Of a stretch of 64,000 nucleotides of DNA, positions 37,004 to 47,962 are shown one piece after another. The stretch comes from an uncultured Gammaproteobacteria bacterium. Lineage in GTDB: Bacteria > Patescibacteriota > Patescibacteriia > Magasanikbacterales > GWA2-37-8. Location of the stretch: assembly GCA_964540825.1 (NCBI GenBank), contig CAZINT010000003.1, positions 147,250 through 211,249 of the forward strand, read 5' to 3'. Both the position numbers and the translations under genes were made by a program. Within the stretch, counting starts at the first letter, position 1. The number at the start of each line of letters is the position of its first letter. The notes under the pieces are model-generated. The model saw only the letters and a list, made by a program, of their open reading frames with translations. It did no database searches and was not told the DNA's origin.

Positions 37004-37513
37004 TTAGGCTTTTGCTTCCATGCGTTTCTTTGGAAGAACGCGTTTAAAGCTCTTAAGCGCGTCAAACGTAGCTTTAACAATCGCAATTTTGTTTTTTGTT
37101 TTACCTAAAATTTTAGAAGAAACATTCGGGATGCCTGCCAAGTCAAGAACGGAGCGAACAGCACCGCCCGCGATAATACCAGAACCTTTTGGAGCAGGCT
37201 TAAGCATCACTTCAGCAGCCTTAAATTTGCGGACAACAGCGTGCGGAATGGTTTCGCGAATAATCGGTACTGTGATCATACGTTTCTTGGCCTGGTGGAC
37301 AGCTTTTTCTACACCCAGCTGCACATCAGCGCCTTTGGCAACACCGTAGCCAACGCGGCCATGGCGATCACCCAAGATGATACAGACGCGAAAGCTCATA
37401 TGCTTGCCACCTTCGGTAACACGAGTTACGCGCGCCAAATCAAGAATGTATTGTTCAAATTCACTCTTTTCTTCATTGCGGCGGCCGCGTTTGTGATCGG
37501 ATGGTTTTTGCAT
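37004..37513 (-). CDS. rpsE: 30S ribosomal protein S5
   Basis: 169 aa; directly followed by rplO, so no L30 gene. Confidence 0.9.
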   Translation of the reverse strand: MQKPSDHKRGRRNEEKSEFEQYILDLARVTRVTEGGKHMSFRVCIILGDRHGRVGYGVAKGADVQLGVEKAVHQAKKRMITVPIIRETIPHAVVRKFKAAEVMLKPAPKGSGIIAGGAVRSVLDLAGIPNVSSKILGKTKNKIAIVKATFDALKSFKRVLPKKRMEAKA

Positions 37514-37545
37514 ACTACGTCAAAATAATTTCGGAAAAAATAATA

Positions 37546-37920
37546 TTAAAAAGTAAGACCGCCTTCACGGGCGCCATCAGCAACCGCTGCTACACGTCCG
37601 TGGTAGTTGTAACCACCGCGATCAAATACGACAGTTTTAATTCCTTTGGCAACTGCCTTTTCAGCCAGTAATTTACCGGCCAAATATCCAACAGCAGCCT
37701 TGGCCGTACGGCCTTCTGGTTTTGCACCCTTAACCTCAGTTGTTTTCACCGCACACAGTGTTTTGCCGGCAGCATCATCAATAAGTTGAAGTTCCATCGC
37801 TTTATTACTGCGGAATACCGAAAGGCGGGGTTTTTCAGCCGAGCCTTTCACGGTGGCGCGAATGCGGAGGTGACGAACCTGGCGCAATTTATTTTTAGTT
37901 GTAGTTAACAATCTTTTCAT
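37546..37920 (-). CDS. rplR: 50S ribosomal protein L18
   Basis: 124 aa. Confidence 0.9.
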   Translation of the reverse strand: MKRLLTTTKNKLRQVRHLRIRATVKGSAEKPRLSVFRSNKAMELQLIDDAAGKTLCAVKTTEVKGAKPEGRTAKAAVGYLAGKLLAEKAVAKGIKTVVFDRGGYNYHGRVAAVADGAREGGLTF

Positions 37921-37935
37921 ACAAATAATTTTAGA

Positions 37936-38481
37936 TTACGCGCCTTTTGCGGCTGTCTTACCGGCCTTGCGGCGGATAACTTCAGTAAGGTATTTAATGC
38001 CTTTACCTTTATATGGTTCAGGTTTTTTGATGGCGCGAATCTGAGCGGCTGTTTCACCAACCAAATGCTTATCAATACCTTCAACAGTAATAACATTCTT
38101 TTCAACAGTGAACGTAATGCCTTGAGGAGCCTGAAATTCTACCGGATGTGAAAAGCCAACTTCGAGGGCAAGGGCTTTTCCTTTAAGTGCAGCCTTATAA
38201 CCGACACCATTAATTTCAAGCTGTTTTTTGAAGCCTTTGGTAACACCCTCAAGCATATTTTCAATAAGACTGGCAAACGTTCCCCAGAGGGCGCGGTCGC
38301 GTTTGTTTTCTTCGTTTACAGTTGTAACCGAAACTTCAGAATCGTTTTTAACAACGGTAATGTGCGGATGAAGCGCAAGTTTGAGTTCGCCTTTAGGGCC
38401 TTTCATGGTAACGTTTGAGGGAGTGATTTCAACCGTTACGCCGGCTGGCAAGGTAAGGATTTTTTTTCCAATACGAGACAT
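37936..38481 (-). CDS. rplF: 50S ribosomal protein L6
   Basis: Start at MSRIGKKI avoids overlap with rpsH. Confidence 0.9.
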   Translation of the reverse strand: MSRIGKKILTLPAGVTVEITPSNVTMKGPKGELKLALHPHITVVKNDSEVSVTTVNEENKRDRALWGTFASLIENMLEGVTKGFKKQLEINGVGYKAALKGKALALEVGFSHPVEFQAPQGITFTVEKNVITVEGIDKHLVGETAAQIRAIKKPEPYKGKGIKYLTEVIRRKAGKTAAKGA

Positions 38482-38495
38482 ATGCGTAAAAAAGT

Positions 38496-38885
38496 TTAAT
38501 AAATCTCGCAAATAAGTTCGCCTCCGACTGCGGCCTTACGAGCCTCCTGGTCAGTCAACATTCCCTGGGACGTAGATAGAATTGCGAGTCCGTACCCATT
38601 CAAAATACGTTTAATGTCATCTTTTTTGATGTACTGGCGATGACCTGGCGTACTGACACGTTTGATATGCTGAATGGCTGGCGTGCCATTATTGTATTTG
38701 AGGGTTACCAAAAGGTACGGGTGTTTATCAACCAGTTCTTCCGCTTTGGTCAAATAACCTTCGCGAACCAAAATCGAGGCAATGGCCATTTTGACTTTGG
38801 AAAACGGAATGACCACGTCCTTCTTATGGACCAAGGATGCATTCCGAATGCGGGTTAACATGTCAGCGATTGGATCAGTCATCAT
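38496..38885 (-). CDS. rpsH: 30S ribosomal protein S8
   Basis: MMTDPIADMLTRIRNA. Confidence 0.9.
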   Translation of the reverse strand: MMTDPIADMLTRIRNASLVHKKDVVIPFSKVKMAIASILVREGYLTKAEELVDKHPYLLVTLKYNNGTPAIQHIKRVSTPGHRQYIKKDDIKRILNGYGLAILSTSQGMLTDQEARKAAVGGELICEIY

Positions 38886-38930
38886 ACTATTGAGTATTTT
38901 TAGATTTGGATAGAGTTTTGAAAAAAGTAA

Positions 38931-39116
38931 TTACCAACTCGACTTGCGGACCCCCGGGATCTTTCCATTGTTGGCAAGCTCTCGAAAACAAATACGACAC
39001 AACTCAAAATGCCTCATGAATCCGCGGCGACGGCCGCATTTCCAGCAGCGACGAACTATGCGAGTAGAGAATTTTGGTTTGCGATTTGATTTGGCGATTT
39101 GTCCTTGAGTAGCCAT
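38931..39116 (-). CDS. rpsN: 30S ribosomal protein S14 type Z (zinc-binding)
   Basis: 61 aa with CxxC...CxxC. Confidence 0.9.
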   Translation of the reverse strand: MATQGQIAKSNRKPKFSTRIVRRCWKCGRRRGFMRHFELCRICFRELANNGKIPGVRKSSW

Positions 39117-39133
39117 ACGGGTAGCTTTTGAAA

Positions 39134-39676
39134 TTATTTACTAAAAGGGAAACCGAGCGCACCGAGCAATTTCTTTCCTTCTTCTTTGTTCTTAGCGGTA
39201 GTCGCTACGATAATCTGTAAACCATGAACTTTGTCGATTTCTTCCATCTTTACTTCCGGGAAGGCAATGTTTTCTTTAAAACCAATCGTGTAATTTCCCT
39301 GGCGATCAAATGCTTTATCGGAAATGCCGTGGAAGTCACGGACACGAGGGAAAGTAACACGAAGTAATTTTTCTAAAAATTGATACATCTGAGGGCCGCG
39401 GAGCGTAACCACGACACCGATTTCCATACCTTCACGAATTTTGAAGTTCGAAATTGATTTCTTGGCCTTGGTGCGAATCGGTTTCTGACCGGTAATCTTA
39501 GTTAAAACTTTTTCAACATTATCAATGAAATTAGCTTCTTTCACAAAACGACCAACACCAACATTAACGACCACTTTGGTAATTTTCGGTACCTGCATGA
39601 CGTTCTTGTACCCACCATCTTTGATAAGACTTGGGACAATTTCGGTTTTATAGCGTTCGTACAGATTTTTCGTCAT
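39134..39676 (-). CDS. rplE: 50S ribosomal protein L5
   Basis: Start at [10 protein letters not shown] (internal Met) avoids overlap with rplX. Confidence 0.9.
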   Translation of the reverse strand: MTKNLYERYKTEIVPSLIKDGGYKNVMQVPKITKVVVNVGVGRFVKEANFIDNVEKVLTKITGQKPIRTKAKKSISNFKIREGMEIGVVVTLRGPQMYQFLEKLLRVTFPRVRDFHGISDKAFDRQGNYTIGFKENIAFPEVKMEEIDKVHGLQIIVATTAKNKEEGKKLLGALGFPFSK

Positions 39677-39684
39677 ATAAAAAG

Positions 39685-39990
39685 TTAGATTACCTCGTGG
39701 CATTTAGAACAAACACGAAACTTCTTGTCTCCATCGATTTTCGCTCCGACCCTCGTTGGCTTACTGCAGCGGGGGCAGACCAGCATTACTTTGCTCACAG
39801 CCATTGGGCCGGAAAGTTCAATAACCTGTCCTTTTTCACCTTGCTTGCGGGAACGAATATGTTTTTTGATTTTATTAACGTCTTCGACAACGATTTTTCC
39901 TTCAGCTTTAAAAACCTGGATAACCTTACCGGTTTTACCCTTGTCTTTACCGCTGATGACTTTGACGTTGTCGTTAGTTTTAATTTTCAT
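39685..39990 (-). CDS. rplX: 50S ribosomal protein L24 with C-terminal CxxC..CxxC zinc-ribbon extension
   Basis: KOW motif VKVISGKDKGKTGKV; C-terminus CPRCSKPTRVGAKIDGDKKFRVCSKCHE. Confidence 0.85.
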   Translation of the reverse strand: MKIKTNDNVKVISGKDKGKTGKVIQVFKAEGKIVVEDVNKIKKHIRSRKQGEKGQVIELSGPMAVSKVMLVCPRCSKPTRVGAKIDGDKKFRVCSKCHEVI

Positions 39991-40014
39991 AATCGATATG
40001 AGTAGGAAGCAGGT

Positions 40015-40386
40015 TTATAAAACTTCCGGAGCTAAAGAAATAATTTTTTGAAAACCTTTGGTACGCAGTTCACGAGCGATCGGTCCAAAGATACGGGAAC
40101 CTTTTGGTTCTTTGCTCTTGCGGTCCACAATCACGGCAGCATTTTCATCAAAGCGGATATAGGTTCCGTCGCTGCGGCGGTATTCTTTGCGCTGGCGAAC
40201 AATAACAGCATGAACAACGTCGCTCTTTTTCACAATGCCGCGAGGAGCTGCTTCTTTGACGACGCAGGTAATAATATCCCCGATCTGGGCATAGCGTTTT
40301 TTGTAGCCACCAAGGACGCGAATACACTGGAGCTTTTTAGCACCTGCGTTATCGGCGACATTCAGCATGGAGCGGTGTTGGATCAT
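40015..40386 (-). CDS. rplN: 50S ribosomal protein L14
   Basis: [17 protein letters not shown]. Confidence 0.95.
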   Translation of the reverse strand: MIQHRSMLNVADNAGAKKLQCIRVLGGYKKRYAQIGDIITCVVKEAAPRGIVKKSDVVHAVIVRQRKEYRRSDGTYIRFDENAAVIVDRKSKEPKGSRIFGPIARELRTKGFQKIISLAPEVL

Positions 40387-40410
40387 ACAGTCAAAATTAA
40401 AATCTCGTGA

Positions 40411-40668
40411 TTACTTTTTTAAAACAGAGGTCAGTGTCCAGCGCTTGGTCTTGGAGAGTGGGCGGCATTCTTTGAAGCCAACCATATCCCCTACCTTAGC
40501 TTCGCCCTTTTCATCATGCACATGATATTTTTTGCTGACACGATAGCTCTTTTGATATTTTTGGTGCATTTTCATCATGTCAATCTTAACCGTAATGGTT
40601 TTCTGCATACCAGTTGAAACCACCAGTCCGGTAAATTGACGCGTTTTTTTTGGAGTAGTTTTTTCCAT
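40411..40668 (-). CDS. rpsQ: 30S ribosomal protein S17
   Basis: 85 aa. Confidence 0.9.
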   Translation of the reverse strand: MEKTTPKKTRQFTGLVVSTGMQKTITVKIDMMKMHQKYQKSYRVSKKYHVHDEKGEAKVGDMVGFKECRPLSKTKRWTLTSVLKK

Positions 40669-40669
40669 A

Positions 40670-40861
40670 TTATGCTTTTTGCTTATCTTTTAAGAGCATG
40701 GTGATTCTCGCGATAATTTTGCGGGCGACAGGAACCAAGTGCACCTGTTTAAGGGCGTTAGCTTTAGCCTTAAAGCGATATTCGCGAACGAGGGTGCGCT
40801 GCTCGGCTAAGAGCTGTTTAAGTTCTTGGACACTTTTTGTTTTTAATTCAGCAAATTCCAT
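40670..40861 (-). CDS. rpmC: 50S ribosomal protein L29
   Basis: 63 aa. Confidence 0.9.
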   Translation of the reverse strand: MEFAELKTKSVQELKQLLAEQRTLVREYRFKAKANALKQVHLVPVARKIIARITMLLKDKQKA

Positions 40862-40866
40862 ACAAT

Positions 40867-41283
40867 TTATTTTTGTTTTTCAATAAAGCGGGTTTTGAGA
40901 CCGAACTTATAGCCAGCCAAATGCATTGCTTCCTTGGCTGCATCGGGCGCAACACCTACCATCTCAAAAAGCATTGTACCAGGCTTTACGACAGCAACAT
41001 AATGATCCGGTGCGCCTTTACCTCCACCCATCGGTGTTTCGTTACCTTTACGAGTAACTGGTTTATCCGGAAAAACGCGAATCCAGATTTTTCCACCTCT
41101 TCGGACATAGCGGGTCAAAACACGGCGAACGGCTTCAATCTGACGACTGGTGATCCAGCCATAGCTTTCGCTTTTAAGACCGAAGTCTCCAAAACTGAGA
41201 CTGTGAGCACGTGTTGCTACACCTTTTTGACGGCGGCGGCCTTTATGCCATTTGCGGTGTTGTACTTTTTTAGGTAAAAGCAT
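40867..41283 (-). CDS. rplP: 50S ribosomal protein L16
   Basis: [18 protein letters not shown]. Confidence 0.95.
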   Translation of the reverse strand: MLLPKKVQHRKWHKGRRRQKGVATRAHSLSFGDFGLKSESYGWITSRQIEAVRRVLTRYVRRGGKIWIRVFPDKPVTRKGNETPMGGGKGAPDHYVAVVKPGTMLFEMVGVAPDAAKEAMHLAGYKFGLKTRFIEKQK

Positions 41284-41346
41284 ATTTTTTTATCATCTGA
41301 TAATTCCCTACCTATCGGTAGACAGGCAAATTCGTAATATCAAAGG

Positions 41347-42066
41347 TTATTTGCGATTGCCGGTTTGGCGGGTTGCCGGTTTAGGCTGTTCGTTGCCATT
41401 CGCTTGTTTCTGTTCAAATTTATCTTGGCGGCCAAAGGTTTCACCGTGGTAGATCCAGACTTTGATACCAATTTTACCATACATTGTCTGAGCTTCCGCT
41501 GTGGCGTAATCTACGTTACTGCGAATGGTGATCAGGGACATTTTGCCATCAGCCAATTTTTCGCTGCGCGCAATTTCAGCACCGTTCAGGCGTCCACCCA
41601 TTTTCATTTTAACTCCTTTTGCCCCGGCAGCCATTACTTTCTGAATTGCCTGTTTCATAACGCGGCGGAACGGCAAGCGGCGTTCAATTTCGTCAGCAGC
41701 ACTCTGAGCCACAATTGCAGCTGAAAGGGCTGGGTTACTTACTGCCTGGATATTGAGTTTAACGCGAAGGCTAAAGCCCAAAATCTTTTTCTCAATCTCT
41801 TTACGAAGTTCTTCAAGACCGGCTCCGGAGCGACCGATGATAACACCGGGTTTCGCTGCCAAAATAGTGATCGTGAATTCCTTTGGAGTACGCTCAATAC
41901 TAATGGAATCAATTCCAGCTTCACGCAGTTTTTTCATTAAGTACTGACGTGTCTGCACTTCGTGCTTCAAAAATTCCGGGAATTGACGACCACGTCCAAA
42001 CCAGCGAGAATCCCAAGGAAAGATGAAGGGAATGCGATGAATTTTCGGATGTACTTTGTGACCCAT
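41347..42066 (-). CDS. rpsC: 30S ribosomal protein S3
   Basis: KH domain plus Gln/Lys-rich C-terminal tail. Confidence 0.95.
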   Translation of the reverse strand: MGHKVHPKIHRIPFIFPWDSRWFGRGRQFPEFLKHEVQTRQYLMKKLREAGIDSISIERTPKEFTITILAAKPGVIIGRSGAGLEELRKEIEKKILGFSLRVKLNIQAVSNPALSAAIVAQSAADEIERRLPFRRVMKQAIQKVMAAGAKGVKMKMGGRLNGAEIARSEKLADGKMSLITIRSNVDYATAEAQTMYGKIGIKVWIYHGETFGRQDKFEQKQANGNEQPKPATRQTGNRK

Positions 42067-42097
42067 AGCATTAGAGCTTTAGAGAGATGGAGTAAAA

Positions 42098-42580
42098 TTA
42101 TTTAGTCTTTGCTTTTGGAGCAGCTTTCTTTTTAGCTGGCGCTTTCTTTGGTTTAGTTTCTTTGGCTGCTACAGCAACTTCTGTAGCATCAATTACTTTT
42201 TCTTGTTTTTCTTCTTCGGCCACTACCGGGGTTTTTCCTTTTCCGGTCATTTCAGCAAGCGTAATGGTAATATGCGAGGTGGGTTCGCGCACTGGCGTCG
42301 CACGTCCATGTGCTTTTGGCATCCAGCGCTTGAGCGAAGGTCCGCCATCAACAGTAATAGCAGCAACTTTGAGCGTACCAACCGACATGGAAAAGTTATG
42401 CGTAGCGTTAGCGATCGCTGATTTGAGGAGTTTCAGAATCGGTTCAGCAGCTACTTTGTTCAAAACTGACAATGTAGTAACAGCGCGCTCCACGCGACTG
42501 CCACGGATAAGATCAGCAACTAAGCGAACCTTGCGTGGACTCATGCGGAGAAATCGTAAGTGAGCTTGTACTTCCTTCAT
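42098..42580 (-). CDS. rplV: 50S ribosomal protein L22 with Lys/Ala-rich C-terminal extension
   Basis: 160 aa. Confidence 0.9.
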   Translation of the reverse strand: MKEVQAHLRFLRMSPRKVRLVADLIRGSRVERAVTTLSVLNKVAAEPILKLLKSAIANATHNFSMSVGTLKVAAITVDGGPSLKRWMPKAHGRATPVREPTSHITITLAEMTGKGKTPVVAEEEKQEKVIDATEVAVAAKETKPKKAPAKKKAAPKAKTK

Positions 42581-42589
42581 ATGGGAATA

Positions 42590-42916
42590 TTATTTCTTTT
42601 TAGCAGCTGGGGCGGCTGGAGCGGTTGCTGATTTACCAGCAGCCTCATCCTTGGCCATCTTACCACCGTGGCGAATAAACTTGCGGGTTGGTGACATTTC
42701 ACCCAAACGATGCCCGACCATATTTTCTTCAACCAAAACACTCAAAAAATCCTTGCCATTGTGGACCAAAAACGTGATACCAACCATCTCTGGAGTGATA
42801 ACACAAGCGCGAGACCAGGTTTTAATCGGGGCGCGTTTGCCGCTGTCCTTAAGTGTTTGCACTTTTTTAAGGACGCGAGGGTCAATGTAAGGACCTTTTT
42901 TTAAGCTTCTAGACAT
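42590..42916 (-). CDS. rpsS: 30S ribosomal protein S19 (C-terminal Ala/Lys tail)
   Basis: Start at [12 protein letters not shown]; the longer ORF would overlap rplB. Confidence 0.9.
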   Translation of the reverse strand: MSRSLKKGPYIDPRVLKKVQTLKDSGKRAPIKTWSRACVITPEMVGITFLVHNGKDFLSVLVEENMVGHRLGEMSPTRKFIRHGGKMAKDEAAGKSATAPAAPAAKKK

Positions 42917-42945
42917 ACAGTAGTAAATAAGTGTTATCCTGGCCT

Positions 42946-43788
42946 TTAGGCGCGGGCACGGCGTGATTTGATAATAAACTTGTTGCTCCATTTCTGCGGC
43001 TGACGAGTGCGGACGCCGCGGGCGGCTTTACCATACACTGTCTGCGGACCACGCTTCTGACCGATTGGACTGTGGCCCTCACCACCACCGTGCGGGTGAT
43101 CTACCGGGTTCATATTCTTACCTTTAACGGTAGGCTTGATACCGCGGTGGCGCATACGGCCAGCTTTACCCCAACGAATCAAACGATGATCCGAATTGCC
43201 AAGCATACCAATTGTTGCTGCACATTCTTTAAGTACAGCACGAACTTCACCGGACGGTAATTTAAGCTGAGCATAGCGTCCTTCGGTGCCGACAAGTTGT
43301 GCAGCCATAGCTGCGCCGCGTACCATTTGACCGCCCTTGCCTGGAGTTAATTCAACGTTGTGAACAAACAAACCAACCGGGATACTTTCAAGCGGCATGC
43401 GGTTGCCAACTTTTGCTTCATTCGGACCTTTTTCAGATTTAATTTTGTCTCCAACCATCAAACCTTCTGGAGCAAGAATATATGATTTTACTTTGTCGGT
43501 ATACTCGATAAGCGCGATACGAGAAGTACGATTCGGATCATACTCAATAGCCAGCACAGTCGCTTCGACACCGAAACGCTGCTGTTTGAAGTCAACCAAG
43601 CGATAAAATTTCTTGGCCCCTCCACCTTGATGACGAACCGTAATATGACCCTGGTTATTGCGGCCGCTTTTGGGCTGCAAAATTGTAATCAGGCTCTTTT
43701 CTGGTTTTGTTTTTGTAATATCAGCAAAAGCATCAACGCTTGATGCGCGGCGACCAGGAGATGTTGGTTTGTAAATTTTAATAGCCAT
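42946..43788 (-). CDS. rplB: 50S ribosomal protein L2
   Basis: 280 aa. Confidence 0.95.
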   Translation of the reverse strand: MAIKIYKPTSPGRRASSVDAFADITKTKPEKSLITILQPKSGRNNQGHITVRHQGGGAKKFYRLVDFKQQRFGVEATVLAIEYDPNRTSRIALIEYTDKVKSYILAPEGLMVGDKIKSEKGPNEAKVGNRMPLESIPVGLFVHNVELTPGKGGQMVRGAAMAAQLVGTEGRYAQLKLPSGEVRAVLKECAATIGMLGNSDHRLIRWGKAGRMRHRGIKPTVKGKNMNPVDHPHGGGEGHSPIGQKRGPQTVYGKAARGVRTRQPQKWSNKFIIKSRRARA

Positions 43789-43803
43789 ACAAGGGGATGA
43801 GAA

Positions 43804-44256
43804 TTAGACGCCTTCGTGAATGGTAATTGAACTGCCTTTCGGGAGGGTGATAATTGCCTTTTTGAAGTCACTGCGTTTGCCGGCAAATTTACCGAAGCGA
43901 ACGCGGCGGCCCTGCATGTGCGCTACTGCAACACCAACCGGCATAACACCATACAATTCGTGAATCGCACGTTTTACCTGCCCTTTGGTAGCATTCTTTT
44001 CTATCACAAAGGTATATTTGTTAACACTTTCCTCTCGAGCAGTTTTTTCAGTTACCATCGGGCGGACGAGCACGCGATATGAAGTGCCATGCTGGGTAAC
44101 TTTTTTCTTATCAGCGACTTCAGCAGCATCACTCGTAGTTGTAGTTTTGGTTTTTTTAGCAGCCTTAACTGGAGTTGATTTCTTTTCAACAGGAGTTTGT
44201 TCACCGTTAAGTTTTTCTTCAACTTGCTTTTTGGTAAAGCGATCAAGTATTCCCAT
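43804..44256 (-). CDS. rplW: 50S ribosomal protein L23 with about 55-aa Lys/Thr-rich N-terminal extension
   Basis: Core YRVLVRPMVTEKT... Confidence 0.85.
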   Translation of the reverse strand: MGILDRFTKKQVEEKLNGEQTPVEKKSTPVKAAKKTKTTTTSDAAEVADKKKVTQHGTSYRVLVRPMVTEKTAREESVNKYTFVIEKNATKGQVKRAIHELYGVMPVGVAVAHMQGRRVRFGKFAGKRSDFKKAIITLPKGSSITIHEGV

Positions 44257-44286
44257 ATTCAGGCGGCTTAGACTAAGGTAAGTAGA

Positions 44287-44916
44287 TTATTTTTTAAATG
44301 TGGCAACGATTTTTTCAACCGCATCTTTTGTGATCACGACTGCTTGGCTCTGGAGAAGATCCATTACCGAGAGGTCGGTGGCAACTTGGTTTTTAACACG
44401 TGGAACGTTGCGTGATACGCGGATAAGGTTAGCATCGTTACTAGCCGAAACAATCAGGAAAGATTTTTGCTTGGCAGGAATGGCTTTCAATGTTGCAGCC
44501 ATGAGTTTTGTTTTTGGCTCGGCAAAGTTGAAATTTTCGACGATATAGAGGGCTCCGCTTTGCGCTTTGTCGCTCAGACACATTTTAGTAGCGAGGCGGC
44601 GAGTCTTTTTATTAATCTTAGTTTTATAATTGCGGATCGATAATGGACCAAAGGTTACACCGCCACCTTTCCAGATTGGCGAGCGGATCGAACCATGGCG
44701 AGCACGTCCCGTACCTTTTTGTGCCCATGGTTTTTTACCACCACCCTGAACTTCACCGCGATTCTTGGTATCTGCCCACGATTCGCGCTGATTGTTCATC
44801 TGAGCGATAAACACTTCATGCACCACTTCAGGTTTAACGGCAACATTGAAAATGTCTTCCGGGAGTTCCATGTCACCTGTTTCTTTTCCAAGAAGATTGT
44901 AAACTTTTGCTTTCAT
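44287..44916 (-). CDS. rplD: 50S ribosomal protein L4
   Basis: 209 aa. Confidence 0.95.
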   Translation of the reverse strand: MKAKVYNLLGKETGDMELPEDIFNVAVKPEVVHEVFIAQMNNQRESWADTKNRGEVQGGGKKPWAQKGTGRARHGSIRSPIWKGGGVTFGPLSIRNYKTKINKKTRRLATKMCLSDKAQSGALYIVENFNFAEPKTKLMAATLKAIPAKQKSFLIVSASNDANLIRVSRNVPRVKNQVATDLSVMDLLQSQAVVITKDAVEKIVATFKK

Positions 44917-44945
44917 ATAGTCGTGTAACTTGTAACGTGTAACTT

Positions 44946-45659
44946 TTAGCTATTCTGCACTTCAGCGGCCGGTTCGGCAGCTGGAGCATTTTCGACTGGA
45001 GCAGCTTCGACTGGAGCAGCTGAACTATTTTTCTTTGTTACCTTCAATTCGCCCAGAGCGCTGATGAGGAGGAGTCCATTGCGGCCGCCTGGTACAGCAC
45101 CTTTAATATATAACTCATTAGTTTCAGGATGCACTTCCACAACTTCCAAATTTTTAACCGTAACGCGTTCGCCGCCCATGCGGCCGGCCATACGCATACC
45201 TTTGAAAACACGCTGCACACCACCAGCGCCAATTGAACCAGGGGCGCGCAGGTTATCTTTATGACCGTGAGAAGCTGGACCACCGCGGAAATGATGACGT
45301 TTAACCACACCAGCAAAACCTTTACCTTTGGAGGTACCAACAACGTTAAGAAGGTCGCCCGGAACAAACGTGTCAACCGTAACGACGTCGCCGCGGTCGA
45401 TTCCAGCCTGATCTGAAACAAAATCTCGAAGTTCACTTACGGGAGCCAAATCTTTCAAGTGTCCGGCTTCAGGCTTCGCAAGACGCCATTCTTTCTTTTC
45501 GCCAAAACCAAGCTGCAAAGCAGTTGTGGTATTTTTACTGTCTTGTTTAACCTGGACTACCTGACAAGGGCCAGCAACAACTTTTGTAACCGGTACAACC
45601 TCACCACTCTTTAAGAAAACCTGGGTCATGCCCATCTTTTTGCCGAGAATGAATTTCAT
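44946..45659 (-). CDS. rplC: 50S ribosomal protein L3 (Ala/Pro-rich C-terminal tail)
   Basis: Start at MKFILGKKMGMTQVF (5 codons inside the longest ORF). Confidence 0.9.
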   Translation of the reverse strand: MKFILGKKMGMTQVFLKSGEVVPVTKVVAGPCQVVQVKQDSKNTTTALQLGFGEKKEWRLAKPEAGHLKDLAPVSELRDFVSDQAGIDRGDVVTVDTFVPGDLLNVVGTSKGKGFAGVVKRHHFRGGPASHGHKDNLRAPGSIGAGGVQRVFKGMRMAGRMGGERVTVKNLEVVEVHPETNELYIKGAVPGGRNGLLLISALGELKVTKKNSSAAPVEAAPVENAPAAEPAAEVQNS

Positions 45660-45979
45660 ATACGTGTGCAACATTGGTAACTTATTGAAACAATTCGTGC
45701 GCTTTTTTTGTTGTAGTGCTTCCTGTTTTTTTCATTTAAAAAACTAGAAGCATCAGGGCGCAATCCAAAATATGGGGATAGCGTACAATGCTTCTAGCCT
45801 TTCCTTATAATCCGGAGCCAAAGAAACAAAACGGATTTTAGAAATTGGCTTGTTTTGGTATTTTCAAATTAATTTTTCCTTCTAGAGTCTTCTAGTACTT
45901 CTTAATGTTTTCCCTAGTCTTACAGACCTTTTAGGGATCTTATTAAGTCGTCGAGCAGACTTACTTTTTAGTTTTCACA

Positions 45980-46008
45980 ATCTTACGCTCTTTTTTTGTA
46001 CCTGTCAA
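45980..46008 (-). promoter_or_regulatory. Sigma70-like promoter TTGACA-N17-TAAGAT inside the 440-bp rpsJ-rplC spacer
   Basis: Read on the minus strand; would give a roughly 300-nt leader for rplC. Confidence 0.4.
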
Positions 46009-46020
46009 GCGTTTGCCGTG

Positions 46021-46068
46021 CCGTCTGTGTGAAGAATCCCTTTGCCCAAGAAATACTTCTTAAGCTAA
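46021..46068 (-). promoter_or_regulatory. 13-bp-stem hairpin 3' of rpsJ (no T-run; possible attenuator or processing element)
   Basis: gaagaatcccttt ... aaagggattcttc. Confidence 0.3.
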
Positions 46069-46116
46069 GGGATTCTTCCCCGCCCCCGGCGGGTCAGAAT
46101 GACAACGAGGCTACGT

Positions 46117-46419
46117 TTACATCTTGATTTCAATGTCAACACCGGCAGGGAGTGAGAGGCTCATGAGAGCGTCAATACACTTAGGGTTGGCATTCATAAT
46201 ATCGATAAGGCGTTTGTGGACGCGCATTTCGTATTGTTCACGAGCGTCTTTGTGGACGAACGTGGAACGGTTCACGGTGAACTTGGTTTTTTCGGTTGGT
46301 AATGGTACCGGTCCGATTACCTTAGCTTCGTGGCGTTCGGCAGTTTCGACGATTGTCTTGGTTGCCTGATCAATAATACGGTTGTCGTAGGCGCGAATTT
46401 TGATGCGGATACGACTCAT
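46117..46419 (-). CDS. rpsJ: 30S ribosomal protein S10
   Basis: Start at [12 protein letters not shown] (internal Met), 101 aa. Confidence 0.9.
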   Translation of the reverse strand: MSRIRIKIRAYDNRIIDQATKTIVETAERHEAKVIGPVPLPTEKTKFTVNRSTFVHKDAREQYEMRVHKRLIDIMNANPKCIDALMSLSLPAGVDIEIKM

Positions 46420-46497
46420 ATTCTCATCTTTCTGAGGTGCAGTTTTGCTAGTAGCGGTCATGTGACTTTAAATAAAGAACTTAATGAACAAAGCAAA

Positions 46498-46526
46498 AGG
46501 GGTCGCCTCGTTATCGAAGCGACCCA
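46498..46526 (-). terminator. Terminator of tuf
   Basis: gggtcgcttcg-ataa-cgaggcgaccc followed on the minus strand by CTTTTGCTTTGTT. Confidence 0.6.
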
Positions 46527-46534
46527 TTTGCTTA

Positions 46535-47725
46535 TTATTTGATAATCTTAGTTACAACACCAGAGCCAACCGTGCGGCCACCTTCGCGAATAGCGAAGTT
46601 CATCTTTTCTTCAAGAGCAACTGGAGCAATAAGTTTTACAGTAATACTGATGGTATCTCCTGGCATAACCATTTCGGTTCCGGCTGGAAGTTCGATTTCA
46701 CCAGTAACATCAGTAGTGCGGATATAGAACTGAGGCTTGTAACCCTTGAAGAAAGGCTTGTGACGGCCACCTTCTTCTTTGGTAAGGATATACACTTCAG
46801 CTTCGTATTCAGTGTGAGGAGTAACGGAACCTGGTTTAGCAAGTACCATACCGCGTTCAACATCTTCTTTCTTGGTACCGCGAAGAAGGAGACCGGCATT
46901 GTCACCAGCTTGTCCATCTTTGAGGCTCTTGTTGAACATTTCGATACCAGTAACTACCGTCTTGGAAACATCTTCTTTCAAGCCAACGATAGCAACTTCG
47001 TCGTTAACGTGGATAATACCGCGTTCAATACGACCAGTTACTACAGTACCGCGGCCTTCAATAGAGAAGACGTCTTCAACTGGCATAAGGAATGGTTTGT
47101 CAGTTGCGCGGACTGGGTCTGGGATATATTCATCAACTGCTTTCATGAGGTCAAGAATTGGTTTAGCAGCCGCTTCATCGGTTGGATTTTCGAGAGCTTT
47201 AATAGCACTGCCGCGGATAACCGGTACAGTATCGCCAGGGAAGCCGTATTTCTTGAGAAGATCACGAACTTCTTCTTCAACGAGGTCAACAAGTTCCTTA
47301 TCCTGAACCATGTCAACTTTGTTAAGGAAAACAACGATGTACGCAACACCAACCTGGTGAGCAAGCAAAATGTGTTCACGAGTCTGAGGCATTGGGCCGT
47401 CAGCTGCGGATACAACGAGGATAGCACCGTCCATCTGAGCGGCACCAGTAATCATGTTCTTTACGTAGTCAGCGTGACCTGGACAGTCAACGTGAGCATA
47501 ATGGCGAGCGGCAGTTTCGTATTCAACGTGAGCTGTTGAAATGGTAATACCACGAGCTTTTGACTCTGGGGCTTTATCCAAATCATCGACACCCTTGTTC
47601 TGGGCGGTCTGACCGTGTGCAGTCAAAACCTTGAGGATAGCTGCGGTGGTCGTAGTCTTACCGTGGTCGACGTGACCAATGGTACCAATGTTGACGTGTG
47701 GCTTATTTCGGACGAAATCGGCCAT
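46535..47725 (-). CDS. tuf: Elongation factor Tu
   Basis: 396 aa; [18 protein letters not shown]. Confidence 0.97.
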   Translation of the reverse strand: MADFVRNKPHVNIGTIGHVDHGKTTTTAAILKVLTAHGQTAQNKGVDDLDKAPESKARGITISTAHVEYETAARHYAHVDCPGHADYVKNMITGAAQMDGAILVVSAADGPMPQTREHILLAHQVGVAYIVVFLNKVDMVQDKELVDLVEEEVRDLLKKYGFPGDTVPVIRGSAIKALENPTDEAAAKPILDLMKAVDEYIPDPVRATDKPFLMPVEDVFSIEGRGTVVTGRIERGIIHVNDEVAIVGLKEDVSKTVVTGIEMFNKSLKDGQAGDNAGLLLRGTKKEDVERGMVLAKPGSVTPHTEYEAEVYILTKEEGGRHKPFFKGYKPQFYIRTTDVTGEIELPAGTEMVMPGDTISITVKLIAPVALEEKMNFAIREGGRTVGSGVVTKIIK

Positions 47726-47962
47726 ATGATTTAAAAACTTTACGCGGCGCTTCGGCGAGTGGTCGCTTTAGCTTTATGTCCAGCCGCTCCTACTAATAGA
47801 TTTTAATAAAGGGTTGAGTACTTTTTGTGTTCAAGTCTGATTACGCGCAAAAAACGCCTAAAAATAGACAAACTAACACGTGGCGACACTATAGCAAATA
47901 AAAAAAGCCTTGGCAAGAGCGGTGGATGTGGACAAACCCTCATTTTCCAAGGCTTTAGACGT

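Noticed and set aside
46484-47539. 351-aa plus-strand ORF
   Set aside because: Antisense to tuf.
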